A stretch of DNA of 64,000 bases from Eledone cirrhosa (lineage: Eukaryota): the NCBI GenBank assembly GCA_964016885.1, contig OZ024743.1, positions 14,694,001-14,758,000 on the forward strand, given 5' to 3'. Positions 1-13,339 of this stretch are shown in pieces. The first letter of the stretch is position 1. The number at the start of each line of letters is the position of its first letter. The translations under genes were made by a program, and so were the position numbers. The notes under the pieces were generated by a model. That model was not told the DNA's origin, made no database searches, and worked only from the letters and a program-made list of their open reading frames with translations.

Positions 1-3000
1 TTTATAAGGACATCCTTCCGGAGGAGGCCACAAGCAGTGAAAAGGATGGACAAACCATCCTTCCTCTACGAGAAGTAAGGTAAGTGGTCTTTCCCATCTT
101 TTCCACTCCATTTCAACATAACCTCACTCAGAATAGGCAGCATAAAGGCGCGTGGGTGGAGTCGTCATGGAAGCAAGGCCACCTGCTCAACGACCTCAGG
201 TCAATAAACATAGATGTAGTGGCCATCAGCGAGGCCAGAATCTTCGAAGCTCGGGTATCTCACCGATCTTCGGCAGCTAAGATGGGTACGCATCTCCCAG
301 CCGTCCTGGATCGGGGGGGGGGGAGTTGCTAGCTTTTTTGGAGAGGTTTGGATATCGCCATACGGGCCATCTTCCTGGACCCAGAAGGTTAGTTGGTGAT
401 GCAGGACGTGACGAGTGAGGACCGGCAAGTTTTCAGTCTAGTGGCCATCTATGCCGCTACAGGAGCAGGGCGGCTTGATTTCTTCCGGCGTCTAGAGACC
501 TTTCTAGGAACGCCCCTTCTCTAATGTGTTAGTGGGCGACTGGAACGGGATCTTCGATGCACGCTGGAACTGTGTGGGATTAGCGGATAGGGGAGGTGTG
601 TGAATGAGCCTCATAAACCTGCTAAGGCTTATTGAATTGTCTGACAGATACCGATTGGATTTCCTGAATGTGCCAATGTGGACTTGGACAAACCGAATCG
701 GGTCATCCAGATCACATCTAGATAGAGTATTTTGTAGGGAAATAGATTGGTCTAGCATAGGCTGTCCACAATTTAAGATAGTCAACTACACGGACAAAAA
801 ATTCGTGATCTGTGTGCTTGATTTAGATAGGCTTCATAGACGAGGACACGGCTAGGGGAAGCTAAAAGCGTCCTTACCAGCTCGCAAGGCCTACAGAGAC
901 CGGATTAGCGAACTAGTTAAGCGGGCGTTGACGAGGACCATCGTCAACAACAAGTGGTGGTTTAGTCTGAAAAGATCTATTAGTATAGAGTCCATTAGGC
1001 TTAGTACGGCTTTAGCAATAGAGAAAAATAGAGCAGAGGGAGTACCAGTTAGAACATAAGACAAGGCACTTAGCAAAGGCATCGCGACCGACATACTTGC
1101 GGCGGAATTGGCCCTTGACCAATGTTTCAATGCAAAGCACGAAGGCTGCGTTGTCAGAGCTTGGGTGCGTGCTCTCAGACATGAGGGGACGAAAGCGGTT
1201 CAATAGGCTCGAGTGGCGGAGCCGCGTCGTGGCAACAAAGCCAAGCTCCGGTCTCTGGTGGACCACGACGGGCGCATGCTACACGATCCAGGGCAAATGT
1301 GTGAAGCTTTTCAGCGACTCTTCGCTCAGATGTTGTGGGGCAGCGGCGGGCCGGATAGAGGGATGGACTTTAGTGCCTACCTCGGCGGAATGCCGCGGCT
1401 CACGGCCACTGAGGCGGAGCGACCGAAAAATCAATAACAGCCGCTGAAGTACGGGAGGCAATGACTAGCTGCACAAGGGGTAAATCGCCGGGTTTGGATG
1501 GTCTGCCCTATGGACTTTACGTACAGATGCTAGACTTGTTCAGAGGCCTCTTGGCGGACGTCTACTGTAATTGGCAACAAAACGGGATAATTCCCAGCTC
1601 TGTGAGCCGAGGAGCGGTGGCCCTGCTGAGAAAGGATCCGAACAAGGGGAATAACATAGATAATTTCAGGCCCATATCTCTGCTTAACACAGAGTTCAAG
1701 ATTTTGGCGAAGGTGCTAGCAAAGAGGTTGGCGCTTGTCGTTGGTGGTCTGGTGGGAGAGGCGGAGACATGCGCCATTCCCGACAGATCCATACATGACA
1801 ACCTCCATCTCATGCGATACATCGTGGAGAGGGTAGCTAGGGAACATTGCACGAGTGTGTCCTTGATCAATTTAGATAAGCCGAAACCTTTCGATAGGGT
1901 CGACCTTCGTTTCCTAGCGGCAGTCATAAGGCAGCTGGCTTTGGGCTCGTCTTTCAACATCATGCGCTCGGTCCACCAAGAATGTCCCCTCTCGTCCCTC
2001 TTGTACCTATTGACTCTCGAGCCATTACTGCACAAACTGGAGACGTTCAGTTGGATCCCGCGCGAAATAGGATGCGGAAGACTCGTGTCAGCATATGTGG
2101 ACGATGTCACCGTAGTGGTGGTGTCGAAAGCCAAACACATCAAGGCGATCGGCACTACACTAAGAGAATACGACGCGGTGACAGGAGCAATGATCACCCA
2201 GGAAAGGTGAGAGTGCCTGCAGCTCGGCACCTGGAGAGGCCTGTCCATGCCGTCCAACAGCGTCGTCGGGCGCTGGACAGACGGACCGGTTAAATTGCTA
2301 GGGGTCTGTTTCGCTCCGGACCTCCAGACGGACAAAAACTGGGACGAGAAGACGAGCAGGGTGGCTTCTCTCACCCAGAAATGTGCGGGAGGAAGCTATC
2401 CCTGAAGGGTCGAGCGCAGGTAGTTAACCGTACATCGGGTCCGTCATCTACTACCGCCTGACCGTCGTACCTTGCCCTAATCCCCACCTGACTGCGCGGG
2501 AGCGTTTACTCTTTCGCTTTTTGTGGAAGGGACGCGCTCCGATGGTCAGGCGGTCCATCTGCTGTCAACACCCGCTACGTGGAGGGCTGGGCATGCCGTG
2601 GCTGATGATGCGCAGACACGCGCTCAGGTTACGACATCTCCACCTCTTCCTCGACGGTGATCAGGTGTGGTCGCCGTTTGCTAGACACGTCTTTCCCCAG
2701 CTCGTCTCCTTGACGGAGCTGCAGTCCTGGGTCAAGCGAAGACCGAGAGGGAGCGCTTGGAGACTGGAATGTCTTCAGGCGCTCACAGCCCTCGGCCAAT
2801 CGGGCAATATGATCGGTGGAAACGCCATCTTGGCTTTCTATAGAGGTTTAGTGGAGGGGAAGAGCGACGACGTACTTGGAGAAACTCTAGGCGTCGACGA
2901 AATTCAACTCGCCAATCTCTTCGCAAGGACTTTCAGGCCGGGGCCTATGGGCAACTTCCAGTGCCACGGAGGAGCTTTGCCAGTTCGGGATAAACTCTAC

Positions 3001-3703
3001 AGGCATGGAGGTGCCGTAAGCCGGCCATGTCCGAGATGCTTGCAGGGTGACGAAACCGTCCTGCACGCACTTGTCCAGTGTCCGAGCATTGTTGACTTGT
3101 GGGTTTATGCCGAACACCTGCTGTCACGTGTAGGACGGATCGAGCTATCAGCTGAGTCCATCAGGAGGATTGCCCCGCCCTCTTCCTTTAGCCGGGAAGG
3201 GCAGGCAGTTTTATCTTTCTGGTGGCCATGGCGAAAGAGATAGTATGGTGGACAAGTTTGAAAGGGCTGAAGATGAGCACTTACCTCTTCGGTGATGCCC
3301 TGATTAACTTTTCCAAATTTCATTTGAAAAGGAAAATCAGGGTAGAAAAGGAAGTGCAGTCTTCCCAGCATTTTGTTGAAAGATGGGTGAGAGAGGCAAG
3401 AATGGCCGGAGTGAATGGGCCTACTCTGAGTATGTGTCTGTAAATTAAAGGTGGAAAACTGGGAGAGGGCACTTGCCCTGGTGGTCAGGGTCACTGTGGC
3501 CTTTTAATGGGCTTTCTCCACAAATGTCCCTCGGAAGTCTCCCCCTATTGGGGAATTTCTCATTGTTATTTTTCTGTTTCATCCTCTGTTTTTGTTTTTT
3601 TACACGCAGAAATGCCGTCTGTATTGTCATGTACTGTCCTTAATGTCTACTTTATGTAAACCCTTGGTGTTAATAAAGAAAGTATTATTATTATTATTAT
3701 TAT
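1..3703 (+). mobile_element. L1/Tx1-clade LINE copy 1, decayed ORF2 (APE endonuclease, RT, C-terminal zinc finger); 5' end outside the window
   Basis: Fragments LNDLRSINIDVVAISE (APE), WTWTNRIGSSRSHLDRVF, GKSPGLDGLP, NFRPISLLNTEFKILAK, AYVDDVTV, CPRC..ETVLHALVQC. Many stops and frameshifts. AATAAA at 3672 and (TTA)n tail 3683-3703. Confidence 0.93.
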
Positions 3704-3918
3704 TGTTGGTGAAGCCACGCTTCTTATTGCCTCCAGTCTTTTTCAAAGTTTTACCTCGTTTTCAACCGTTCTAAACCTTTTATTCAAGTTTTAAATTTGA
3801 TAAAAGTTTAGAAGAAGTGACCCACCTAATACAGGGGTTCACTAGTAAATAATACGGCACCCCTTTACGGGGTGTCGTATTCGTATTTGTGTAAAAATAT
3901 ATTTCTGAAAAATTTAAA

Positions 3919-5915
3919 CATGGATAACACAAAAGAGAGAGAGAGAGCGCTGTCAACAACACAGAGAGAGGGAGACTTTATCAGCATGTCAACAAGACAG
4001 CGTTCCAGCGGAGGTAAATATAAACGAAAATATTACAAAGGAATAACAGATTGTTACAGATTTAAAATTACCAAATATTTCTAACACAAACAACACCAAC
4101 AATAACACCAACAACATCACCATCAACAACACGAAAAATAACAGCGGTGAAGTCGAGAACGACAATGACAAACATAACAGCGGTACGGTCGAGAACGACA
4201 ATAACAATGACAATAACAACAGCCACAACAACAATAATAGTAGGTACAGTATCAACAAAAACAAAAACAACAATAATAACAACAGCCACAATAACAGTAA
4301 CAGCAGCAACAGTATCAACGAAAACAACACCAACAACTGTACCAGCGAAAACAATAACAATGACACCGATACCTGTAATAGCGCCATCAGCACCACCAGT
4401 AAGACCAGTAGCGGCAGCAATAGTGGTGCTGCTGAATAAGAGACCACTTCTTTTGCAGGTGTCGCCCGAAATATCGAGACAGTGTTAGTCACAGAGGAGG
4501 AGATGGCAGTCGCAAGGGCCATGGTGACAAGAAGTGCAAATAGCGTTTCCCTAAAACCTCCACCCGATTTTTCAAGGACCAGCAGCTACGGACGGTGACT
4601 TACCGCACCGTAAGCAAAATCTCACATCGAGTGGAGAGAGCCACGGAGGCTCAAATCCAAAAGGCCTTGGGGTGCGTCTGGGCACGCAAAACCCACATCA
4701 CTTGAGGCAGAAAGTACGCCACAGTCGACGTACTTTTCGCCACCCCCTAGGAAGCAAAGGCTCACTCTTTGGAAACCCTAAAGAGTGAGGAGTTAGTCTT
4801 GGTGCCCTCCTACCTCGGGCAGAAAATTGTGAGGGTCAAAGTGACCCAGGTCCCACCCGACGTGCCCATACCTTGGCTGCCGCTCTGTCCTTGCTGGAAT
4901 TGAGAACACCGCGACCATGCTGCAAGTAGAAACAATAGGGAGAGAGAACTGGTCAGGTATAGGCATGCAAATGCTTATACAAACTGACCAGGAATGTATC
5001 GAGGCTATTCCCGATATCATAGACTTCGAGGAAGGACTCCAACTCCCTATAAGTGTAGAAGGAAGATGGCCAAAATGTTATCGCTGTGGGTCGAAAGGTC
5101 ACCTCAGGGATTTTTGCCCGCAGAAGACACCGAAGAGGGCCCCTCTCCTTCCAATACCTGGTCCGCTGCTACCAAGAGCAGGACAGGCAACAAACGAAGT
5201 AGCCCCTTCCACGGTGAGTAGCACCCGTACCAAGGCCACGGATAACTAAAGCTGCATCATCAGTACCGGCAACACCAATAGCTACATTTGAAATAGCTAC
5301 ACCAGCAACACAATTGCCGAAGAGGGCTCCACTACCACCACCAACAGCCGTGGAGCACATACCCCTCCCAAACGCCACAGAATCCGACATGGAGTTAGAA
5401 GCGGGAGTGACGTGGCAAACAGTCTGCCACAAAAAATAAAAAACAAAAAAACCCTTAGATTCACCCTCCAAAAGCGAAGGCATATAAAGAGGGGTAAAGG
5501 CAGCAAGGAAACTTGCAGCAACACCACCACAAACACCAACAACGCAAACACAACAAGACACACACACCAAACAGCAACAAGAAGAAAACGGCAACAAAAT
5601 CACCCCTCCCCCCAAAAAGTACAGAGCCATAAACATAGCAAAATAGAACTCATAAAATATATAAAGCAGCACACAGACATCACGGAAAAAAACTACTACA
5701 CCCCACCAACACCAAGAACTCTCCCGACAAACATAAGCATCATCTAAATCTCAATAGAACAATACAAACCTTTAAAACAAAAATTCCCCAACGCAGTTGG
5801 AGACTTCAGAGGGACGGTTACCAAGAGGATATACACTGACATCCTCTTGGAAACACCCATGACCAGCGAAAGGGACGGTTCTACTGTCCCTTCACCACAC
5901 GAACAAGGTAAGTGA
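3919..5915 (+). pseudogene. LINE ORF1 (gag-like nucleic-acid-binding protein), fragmented
   Basis: VEGRWPKCYRCGSKGHLRDFCP zinc knuckle in ORF 4917-5249, flanked by Thr/Asn-rich low-complexity sequence, directly upstream of ORF2. Boundaries approximate. Confidence 0.7.
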
Positions 5916-5947
5916 CGCATTCTCATTTGCCCGGTTTCTCATTCAAC

Positions 5948-8900
5948 ATGGCTGTACTCAGAATAGGAAGTATAAATGCACGTGGCCTGGGGTCATCTTG
6001 GAAGCAGAGTCACCTGCTCAATGACCTCAGGTCACTAAACATAGATGTGGTGGCCATCAGTGAAACCAGAACCTCCGAGGCACGGGCCTTCGTACCGATC
6101 TTCGGCGGCTACGATGTATACGCATCTCCCAGCTGTCCAGGATCGGGGGGAGGAGTTGCCGTCCTATTTTCGGAGAGGCTTGGATCTCGCGATACGGGCC
6201 ATCTTCCTGGACCCAGAAGGTAAGTCGGTGGTGCTGGACGTGACCGACAGCGAATGCAATGCTTTACGGCTTGTAGCCGTCTACGCCCCAACAGGGGCAG
6301 GACGGCCAGATTTCTTCAGACGTCTAGAAACCTTTCTTGGAACGTCCCGCTCTTTAGTGTTAGTGGGCGACTGGAACGGTATCTTGGATGCACGCTGGGA
6401 TCGTGTGGGGCTAGTTGTTAGGGGAGGAGGGTGCAAGAGCTTCACCAACCTGCTCAGACGTTTTGAACTGTCTGACAGGTATTGATTGGATCACCCGAAT
6501 GTGCCAATGTGGACATGGACAAATCGCATCGGGTCATCCAGATCGTATCTAGATAGGGTATTCTGCAGGGAACTAGATAAGGCTAGTATAAGTTGTCCAC
6601 AATTTAAAATAGTCGACTACACAGACCACAAATTTGTGATCTGTGAGATCGACATAGACAGACTTCATACACAAGGGCCTGGTTATTGGAAGCTGAACGC
6701 GTCTTTCCCGGCGCGCAAAGCCTACAGAGACCGGATTAGCGTATTAGTTAAGCGGGCGTTGACGGGAGCGGTCGTCAACAACAGGTGGTGGTTCGCCCTG
6801 AAAAGGGCAATTAAAGTAGAGTCGATTAGGTTTAGCAAAGGAATAGTGATAGAGGAAAATAGAGTAGAGGGAGAGCTAGTCAGAAAGCTAGAAGAGGCGT
6901 TTAGGACAGGCATCGCAACCGACGTGCTTGCGGCGAGATTGGCACTCGACCAATTCTTCAACGCAAAACACGAAGGCTGCGTTGTCAGAGCTAGAACGCG
7001 TGCTCTGAAACACGAGGGTACAAAAGCCGTCCAATGGGCCCGGGTGGCAGAGGCGCGACGTGGCAACAACGCCACAATTCGGTCTTTGCCTGACCAAAAC
7101 GGGTGCGTGACGCTTGAACCTGAGCGGATGTGTGAAGCTTTTCAGCAGCAATTTGCTGAACTGTTCGGGAGCGGCGGAGGCCCGGATCGGGGCATGAACT
7201 TCAGTGCATACCTCGACGGACTGCCTCGGCTCTCGCCGACCGCAGCACAGTGTTGCGAAAAGCCAATAACAGCCGGTGAAATACGGGAAGCGATGGCTAA
7301 CTGCACAAGAGATAAATCGCCAGGTTTAGATGGTCTGCCCTACGAGTTTTATGCATTTATTCCAGACTTGTTCGGTGACCTCTTGGCAGACGTCTACTGC
7401 AACTGGCAGCAGAACGGGAGCATTCCCAGTTTTGTGAGCGGGGAAGCAGTGGCGCTGCTGAGAAAAGACCCGAACAAGGGGGAGGTTATTGATAATTTCA
7501 GGCCCATAACCCTGCTAAACGCAGAGTTCAAAATTTTGGCCAATGTTTTAGCAACGAGGTTGGCGCTTGTCGTCAAATGTATGGTGGGAGAGGCGCAGAC
7601 ATGCGCCATTTCGGACAGATCCATGCACGATAAGCTCCACCTCATGCGATACATCGCAGAGATGGTAGCTAGGGAACCTGGCACGGGTGGGTCTTTGATC
7701 AATTTAGATTAGTCAAAAGCTTTCGATAGGGTCGACCATCGTTACCTGGCGGCGGTCCTCGAGGCAGCCGGTTTCGGGCCCGTTTTCAGGCGTTGGATCG
7801 CAGCAATGTACAGCGACATCTGCTCAGTTGTGAGGGTGAACGGTCACCTGTCGCAGCCGTTCAGCATCATGCGCTCAGTCCGCCAGGGTTGTCCCCTCTC
7901 GTCCTTCTTGTACGTATTGGATCTCGAGCCGTTACTGCACAAACTTGGGGCAATGAGGGGCGTCCCACGGGAACTAGGATGCGGGAAATCTGAGTCGGCT
8001 TACGCTGACGACGTCACCGTGGTGGTGTCGAGCACCAGACACGTCCAGATGCTCGGCACTGCTCTCAAGGATAACGAAGCGGTGACAGGAATAAAGATAA
8101 ACTAGGAAAAGTCGGTGGGCTTGCAGCTAGCCACCTGGAGAGGCAAGTCCATGCCGTCCGACAGCGTCGTGGGGCGTTGGACGGTTAAATTGCTCGGGGT
8201 CTGGTTCGGATCGGACCTCCAGATGGAGAAACGCTGGAACGAGGTGACGAGCAGGGTGGCCTCACTCACCCAGAAATGGGCTGAGAGGAAGCTGTCCCTG
8301 AAAGGCCGGGCGGAAGTGGCGAATGCGTACATTGCATCCGTCATCTGCTACCGCCTCACCGTCGTCCCTTGCTCCAGCCCAACTCTCACCAAAATGGATC
8401 GCCTCCTCTTCCGCTTTTTGTGGAAGGGACGCGCTCCCATGGTCAGATGATCCATCTGCTGTCGACACCCGTTGCGTGGAGGACAGGGCATGCCATGGCT
8501 GATGATGCGCAAACATGCGCTGAGGCTGCGACATGTCTGGTGCTTCCTTCATGGTGAACGGGTGTGGTCGCCGTTCGCCATGCACATTTTCCAACAGCTC
8601 GTCTCCTTGACGGAGCTGCAGTCCTAGGTCAGAAAAATACCGAGGGATAGCGCTTGGAAACTGGAATGTCTCCAGGCGTTCACTGCCCTCTCCCAGAGGG
8701 ACACCAGTATCGGGGGAACATCCACCTCGGCGTTCTATAGAGGACTAGGGGAGGGGAAGAGCGACGACATTCTCGGAGAGATCCTGGGCGTCGACGAAGA
8801 TCAGCTGTTTGCTCTCTTCCGGAGAACTTTCAGCACGGGGCCTATGGATAACTTCCAAAAATCCCTGGCCTGGCAGTGCTACCGGGGAGCGCTGCCGGTT

Positions 8901-9343
8901 CGAGATAAGCTCTACAGGGACGGAAATGCCGTCAGCCGAGCCTGTCCGAGATGCGCGCATAGCGACGAAACCGTTGTGCACGCACTCGTTCAGTGCCCGA
9001 GTATTGCTGACTTGTGGAGCTATGTCGAACAGTTGCTGTCGCGTGTGGGACTGATCCGGTTGTCGACTGACTCCATTGTGCAGATGGTCTCGCCGTCTTC
9101 CTTCGAGGAGGAAGGGCAGGCGGTTTTCATCAAGTGGTGGACATGGCGAAAGAGATTGTGTGGTGGACAAGGTTAAAAGGATTAAAGACAAACACTTTCC
9201 TCTTCGGCGAATCCCTAACTAACTTTTTCAAGTTTCACTTGAATAGGAAAATCAGGGTGGAGAGGCAAGTGCTGCTTTGTAGCAAGTTTGTTGAAAGGTG
9301 GGTGAATGTAGCGAGAATGGTCCGAGTGAATATACGTCTGTAG
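5948..9343 (+). pseudogene. LINE ORF2 (APE-RT-zinc finger), disrupted
   Basis: MAVLRIGSINARGL, VYAP, GDWN, YLDRVF, TDH, YWKLN, KSPGLDGLPYEFY, KAFDRV (read past a TAG stop), VRQGCPLS, AYADDVTV, CPRC..ETVVHALVQC. Confidence 0.93.
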
Positions 9344-9634
9344 TTTGAGAGATGGAAAAATTGAGAGAGGGCGCTTGCCCTGGTAGTCAGGGTGGCCGTG
9401 GTCTTTTGTGTGGTTTTCGCCACCAGTAACCCTCGGAGGTTTCTCCCCTATTGGGGAATGTTTCATTGTTTCAATTTTCATTTTATTGTTTACATATATA
9501 TTTATGTTTTATGTCTTTTTTTTCTTTTCTTATATAAATAATAAAAATCTTTACACGCACAAAACCCACATCGTACCGTCCTGTTCCGTCTGTGATGTTT
9601 TTCTTGATGTCAGCCCTTGTGGCCAATAAAGAAA

Positions 9635-9690
<56 letters not shown>

Positions 9691-9691
9691 T

Positions 9692-9829
9692 CAGCATAGT
9701 TACGTCCCTTTACGATCTGAGTTCAAATCCCGCCGAGCTTGACTTTGCCTTTCATCCTTACGGGGTCGATATAATAAAGTACCAGTAATGCACTGGATAA
9801 TTGCTGGCCTTGTGCCTAAAGTAGAAACA

Positions 9830-9862
<33 letters not shown>
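9692..9862 (+). mobile_element. tRNA-derived SINE (5'-truncated) with (TTA)n tail
   Basis: B-box GAGTTCAAATCCC and body TTTGCCTTTCATCCTTACGGGGTCGATA..AAAGTACCAG shared with the copies at 43.4, 54.8 and 63.7 kb. Confidence 0.85.
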
Positions 9863-9863
<1 letters not shown>

Positions 9864-10217
9864 GAAATTATATAGTTTCTTTATACAGTAAAAAAAACAA
9901 TGCACAAGACACTACTTCCAACGTTAAAATTGCCGTCTCGGGATAGCAACTTAACATTTGAGAGGAGTAACACAAGCACAAGAATAGACAGACAAACAAT
10001 AATTACAAAAAAAAAGAATGCAAATATGAAATTATAAACACCACAACTAACAACAAGAACAGCACCAACAACAACAACGAAGTAGCTGAAGAAAGCAACG
10101 GGACCAACAGCTCCAATAGCTCTAAGAGCAACAAAAAGTTAAAAGCAGAACCTCAAACACAAACTGTAACAACGATAACAAAAACAACAACTGCACCAGA
10201 ACCACACCAACACCAAT

Positions 10218-10470
10218 AGAGGCTTTACTAGGATGTCCAGGAAGTTGCTAAGTCTGTGGTTTTCACATGCATGACCTGCTATAATTGGTCTCAGACGTAA
10301 ACACAACGAAGATCCCCTTAAGTAGCCACATTGCAGATTGCGCAAGAATGATCCTACCAACATTAAAATCTTCCCTCTTTCTAAGTGCACAGTTTTGTTC
10401 ACATAACAACAAAGAATGAATAAAGAAAAACTATTTCTAAACAGATTTAAACCAAAATTAAATATGTAAT
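10218..10470. pseudogene. Rearranged PLE remnant: RT fragment on the minus strand joined to a GIY-YIG C-terminus on the plus strand
   Basis: Minus LRPIIAGHACENHRLSNFLDILVKP resembles LRPIIAGPAC..FIDTLLKP at 34.5 kb. Plus KIPLSSHIADCA..IKIFPL..QRMNKEKLFLNRFKPKLN resembles the end of the 33 kb endonuclease. Confidence 0.8.
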
Positions 10471-10540
10471 CACCCCCATTGTCTAAGCACATACACAGAC
10501 AGATCATTACACTTGCACACATACACGCATGTGTGAGTGA

Positions 10541-10580
<40 letters not shown>

Positions 10581-10582
<2 letters not shown>

Positions 10583-10726
10583 CGAAGGAAATGTGGTAAG
10601 GAACCAGGTGGACCATAACGCACCAAAGTACTCAATACTTGAGGTAGTAGAGTGGGTAATAGGAACCAGTAAGACCCCGACAGCCGTCGAAACGGCTTGA
10701 GCTCAGCTGTCGGGGTCTTACTGGTT

Positions 10727-10728
<2 letters not shown>
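10581..10728. repeat. Abundant short (TA)n-flanked family F1 (PLE terminal-repeat fragment carrying the 3' half of a hammerhead), with snap-back inversion
   Basis: ACGAAGGAAATGTGGTAAGGAACC...GACCCCGAC family. Other copies at about 14039-14241, 14298-14478, 17386-17537, 17968-18162, 29702-29853, 50959-51150, 55048-55232, 62115-62177 and 62423-62562; variants at 20329-20390 and 23785-23990. Confidence 0.85.
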
Positions 10729-10771
<43 letters not shown>

Positions 10772-10779
<8 letters not shown>

Positions 10780-11503
10780 CGTAAAATAAGAAAATTATAA
10801 AATTAACTTACTTACTAAAAAAGTAAGTTAATTTTATAATTTTCTTATTTTACGTCTCTCATATTATTGTTCTGCAACCCCATGCATTGAACCACAATGT
10901 TAATAAGACAAAACCTATATATTTGCTAGCATTGATATGCATCTGTGTGTATATAAATGTTAATAGATATAAATTCCTTATAATTATCTCCAATTCATTT
11001 GTCGAGCAATATTTGGCCATGACTGCTACTATGGTAGTAGGCTGGCCGCTGTCTTATTAACCATTCGCTTTCCACTGATTGACCTCGATGTCACGTGATT
11101 GATTCTCTTTGAATTTGCCACAGACGAAGAGGCAGTGACTTTCTCAATGGCTAGGAATCCAGTCCACGCTTCGCTATTTCCTTTCCACTGAATTATTTTT
11201 TTAATCAGTTTCCAGAGTCCTCGCTATGCCTGGAGACTTACACGGAAAAAGACTTTCCTGATGACGGAAAGATTTTCGATATGTTTCTTCGGAAAATATA
11301 TTTACTCCATTCCAGAAACTAATTAGTTGGAAGTGATTTTTTAGTAAGTAAGTTAATTTTATAATTTTTTTGTTTTACGTCTCTCATATTATTGTTCTGC
11401 AACCCCATGCATTGAACCACAATGTTAATAAGACAAAACCTATATATTTGCTAGCATTGATATGCATCTGTGTGTATATAAATGTTACTAGATATAAATT
11501 CCT

Positions 11504-11507
<4 letters not shown>
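10772..11507 (+). mobile_element. Non-autonomous PLE-like unit: terminal palindrome plus partial tandem repeat plus HHR
   Basis: Palindrome 10772-10863; about 10821-10982 is directly repeated at about 11346-11507; (TA)n on both sides. Confidence 0.75.
11252..11334 (+). ncRNA. Type I hammerhead ribozyme
   Basis: Stem I ACUUUC/GGAAGU; CUGAUGA; stem II GGAA..UUCC with a long insert; GAAA; palindromic helix III CUAAUUAG; GUU site (cut after 11328). Confidence 0.75.
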
Positions 11508-11576
<69 letters not shown>

Positions 11577-11578
<2 letters not shown>

Positions 11579-12810
11579 GGGATCTCACTGACGTCACTTG
11601 TGGCAAATACCCTCAACAGGATGATTCTTAACAGGATCCAGCCTGAGATGGAGAAAAAGCTCAGGGACAATCAGAACGGCTTCAGAGAGGGTAGATCAAC
11701 CAACAGTCACATCTGATGCTGAGGAGGATATTAGAGGGAGCTAGAGCAAAGTGCCTCCCTGCGGTCATGGTTTTCATTGACTTTAGGAAGGCCTTTGATT
11801 CTGTGGACCGTTACTGCCTGATGAAGATCTTACAGGCTTATGGAATCCCCAAGAAGATAGTGGACCTGATATCACTGCTCTACACCAACACCAAGGCCCA
11901 AGTCATTACACCTGATACATTGGCTCCCTACCTTTTTATCCTCGTAGTGGACTATTGTATGCGCCTTTCACTGGAGAAACACCAGGACTCTGGCTTTACT
12001 GTAGCACCGGCTCAGAGCAGGAGAGTTAGGGCGAAAAAGGTATCGGATGCTGAATTTGCCGACGACATAGTTTTGGTGACAAATACAGTGAAGGAGGCAG
12101 AGGATTTGATGCGGGAGGTTGAGACTGTGTCGATGAGTGTGAGGCTGAGAATGAATGAGACTAAAACAAAATATCTGGTAGAGAATGTTGAGAAGCCAGA
12201 GGGGATCACTAATGTAGGCGGGTGGCCGCTGGAATTGGTTGAGGACTTCCTGTATCTGGGAGCAAAGATTGGGAATACGGAAGATGATGTGGTTGAGAGG
12301 AAGAGCAAGGCCTGGGCGGCGTGCCACAGCTTGAGATCGGTGTGGAAGTCAGACCTTCGTAGAGACCTGAAAATCCGCCTCTTCATTGCTGTAGTGGAGT
12401 CTGTGCTGCTGTATGGGTCTGAGACTTGGACACTGACCAAGAAACTCACTCAGATGGTGGATGGGTGCTACACGAGAATGCTGAGGATGGCTCTGAACAT
12501 TAATCAGTATACACTGAAGATGAAAAACTGAGAGCTGTATCGGAGCATTCCAAAAGTCAGCTCAAAAGTGACACAGAGGCGACTGAGGTTGGCTGGACAT
12601 GCTCATCGACATCCAGAGTTGACATTGCACTCAGTGCTCCTGTGGGAGCCCCATACATGGACACACTAGAAGAGGAAGACCAAGGTTAACGTATATTGAT
12701 GCCCTAAGGACAGACACTGGTCTATTGGAGATGCAGGACATGGCAGCGATAATGAGGGACAGAGACCGCTGGAGAGAACTCGTCCATGGATCTCGGGAAT
12801 TTTACCCGCC
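11577..12810 (+). mobile_element. 5'-truncated RTE-clade LINE inserted in (TA)n
   Basis: NQNGFREGRST, FIDFRKAFDSV, FADDIVL, FLYLG, LLYGSETWTLT, RLAGH. The QGD motif is missing (internal deletion ITPD/TLAP). Confidence 0.9.
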
Positions 12811-13131
12811 TTATATATATATATATATATATATAAATTGAAACAAAATGAAAACGAAATTTCATTTCTCACTCTTAGTATGGCACTTACTTAAATGTAA
12901 GTATGCATGTATACGTACATACATATATGTATACAGACGTACAGTAGCATGCACATATATATATATACATATATACATACATATGCATACAGGTACACAT
13001 ACATATATGCACGTATCAGTTTAGCGGCGCTAACGTCGCTTTGTTCGTTTGTAAACAAACTGAACAGCCTGAATTTATGCCATACGGTGTTAAGGCAACC
13101 ACGTCACCTTTTTGTTCAACACTGACACAGG

Positions 13132-13176
13132 AACGATGTACTAGTTTCAAGCTTGTTAGCTATCATCAGCACCGTT
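13132..13176 (-). ncRNA. Type I hammerhead ribozyme (mirror copy)
   Basis: Reverse complement of 13340-13384. Confidence 0.85.
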
Positions 13177-13339
13177 TACCCATCTGCCAGATAGTTGAAC
13201 GTTCGAAAGTATATACTTTCCTTATGAAAATTAACGGCTGAGCAGCCTAATTTGCATAAGGAAAGTATATACTTTCAGCCGTTAATTTTCATAAGGAAAG
13301 TATATACTTTCGAACGTTCAACTATCTGGCAGATGGGTA

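Larger units (their letters stand above)
3704..9690 (+). mobile_element. Near full-length L1/Tx1-clade LINE copy 2 (ORF1 + ORF2, disrupted)
   Basis: Same family as copy 1. Has an ORF1 region with a CCHC knuckle, ORF2 from ATG 5948, AATAAA at 9625 and (TTA)n tail 9637-9690. Confidence 0.93.

Noticed and set aside
3989-4522. Leu-rich 177-aa minus-strand ORF as a membrane protein
   Set aside because: It is the antisense reading of the ACA-rich low-complexity LINE ORF1 region.
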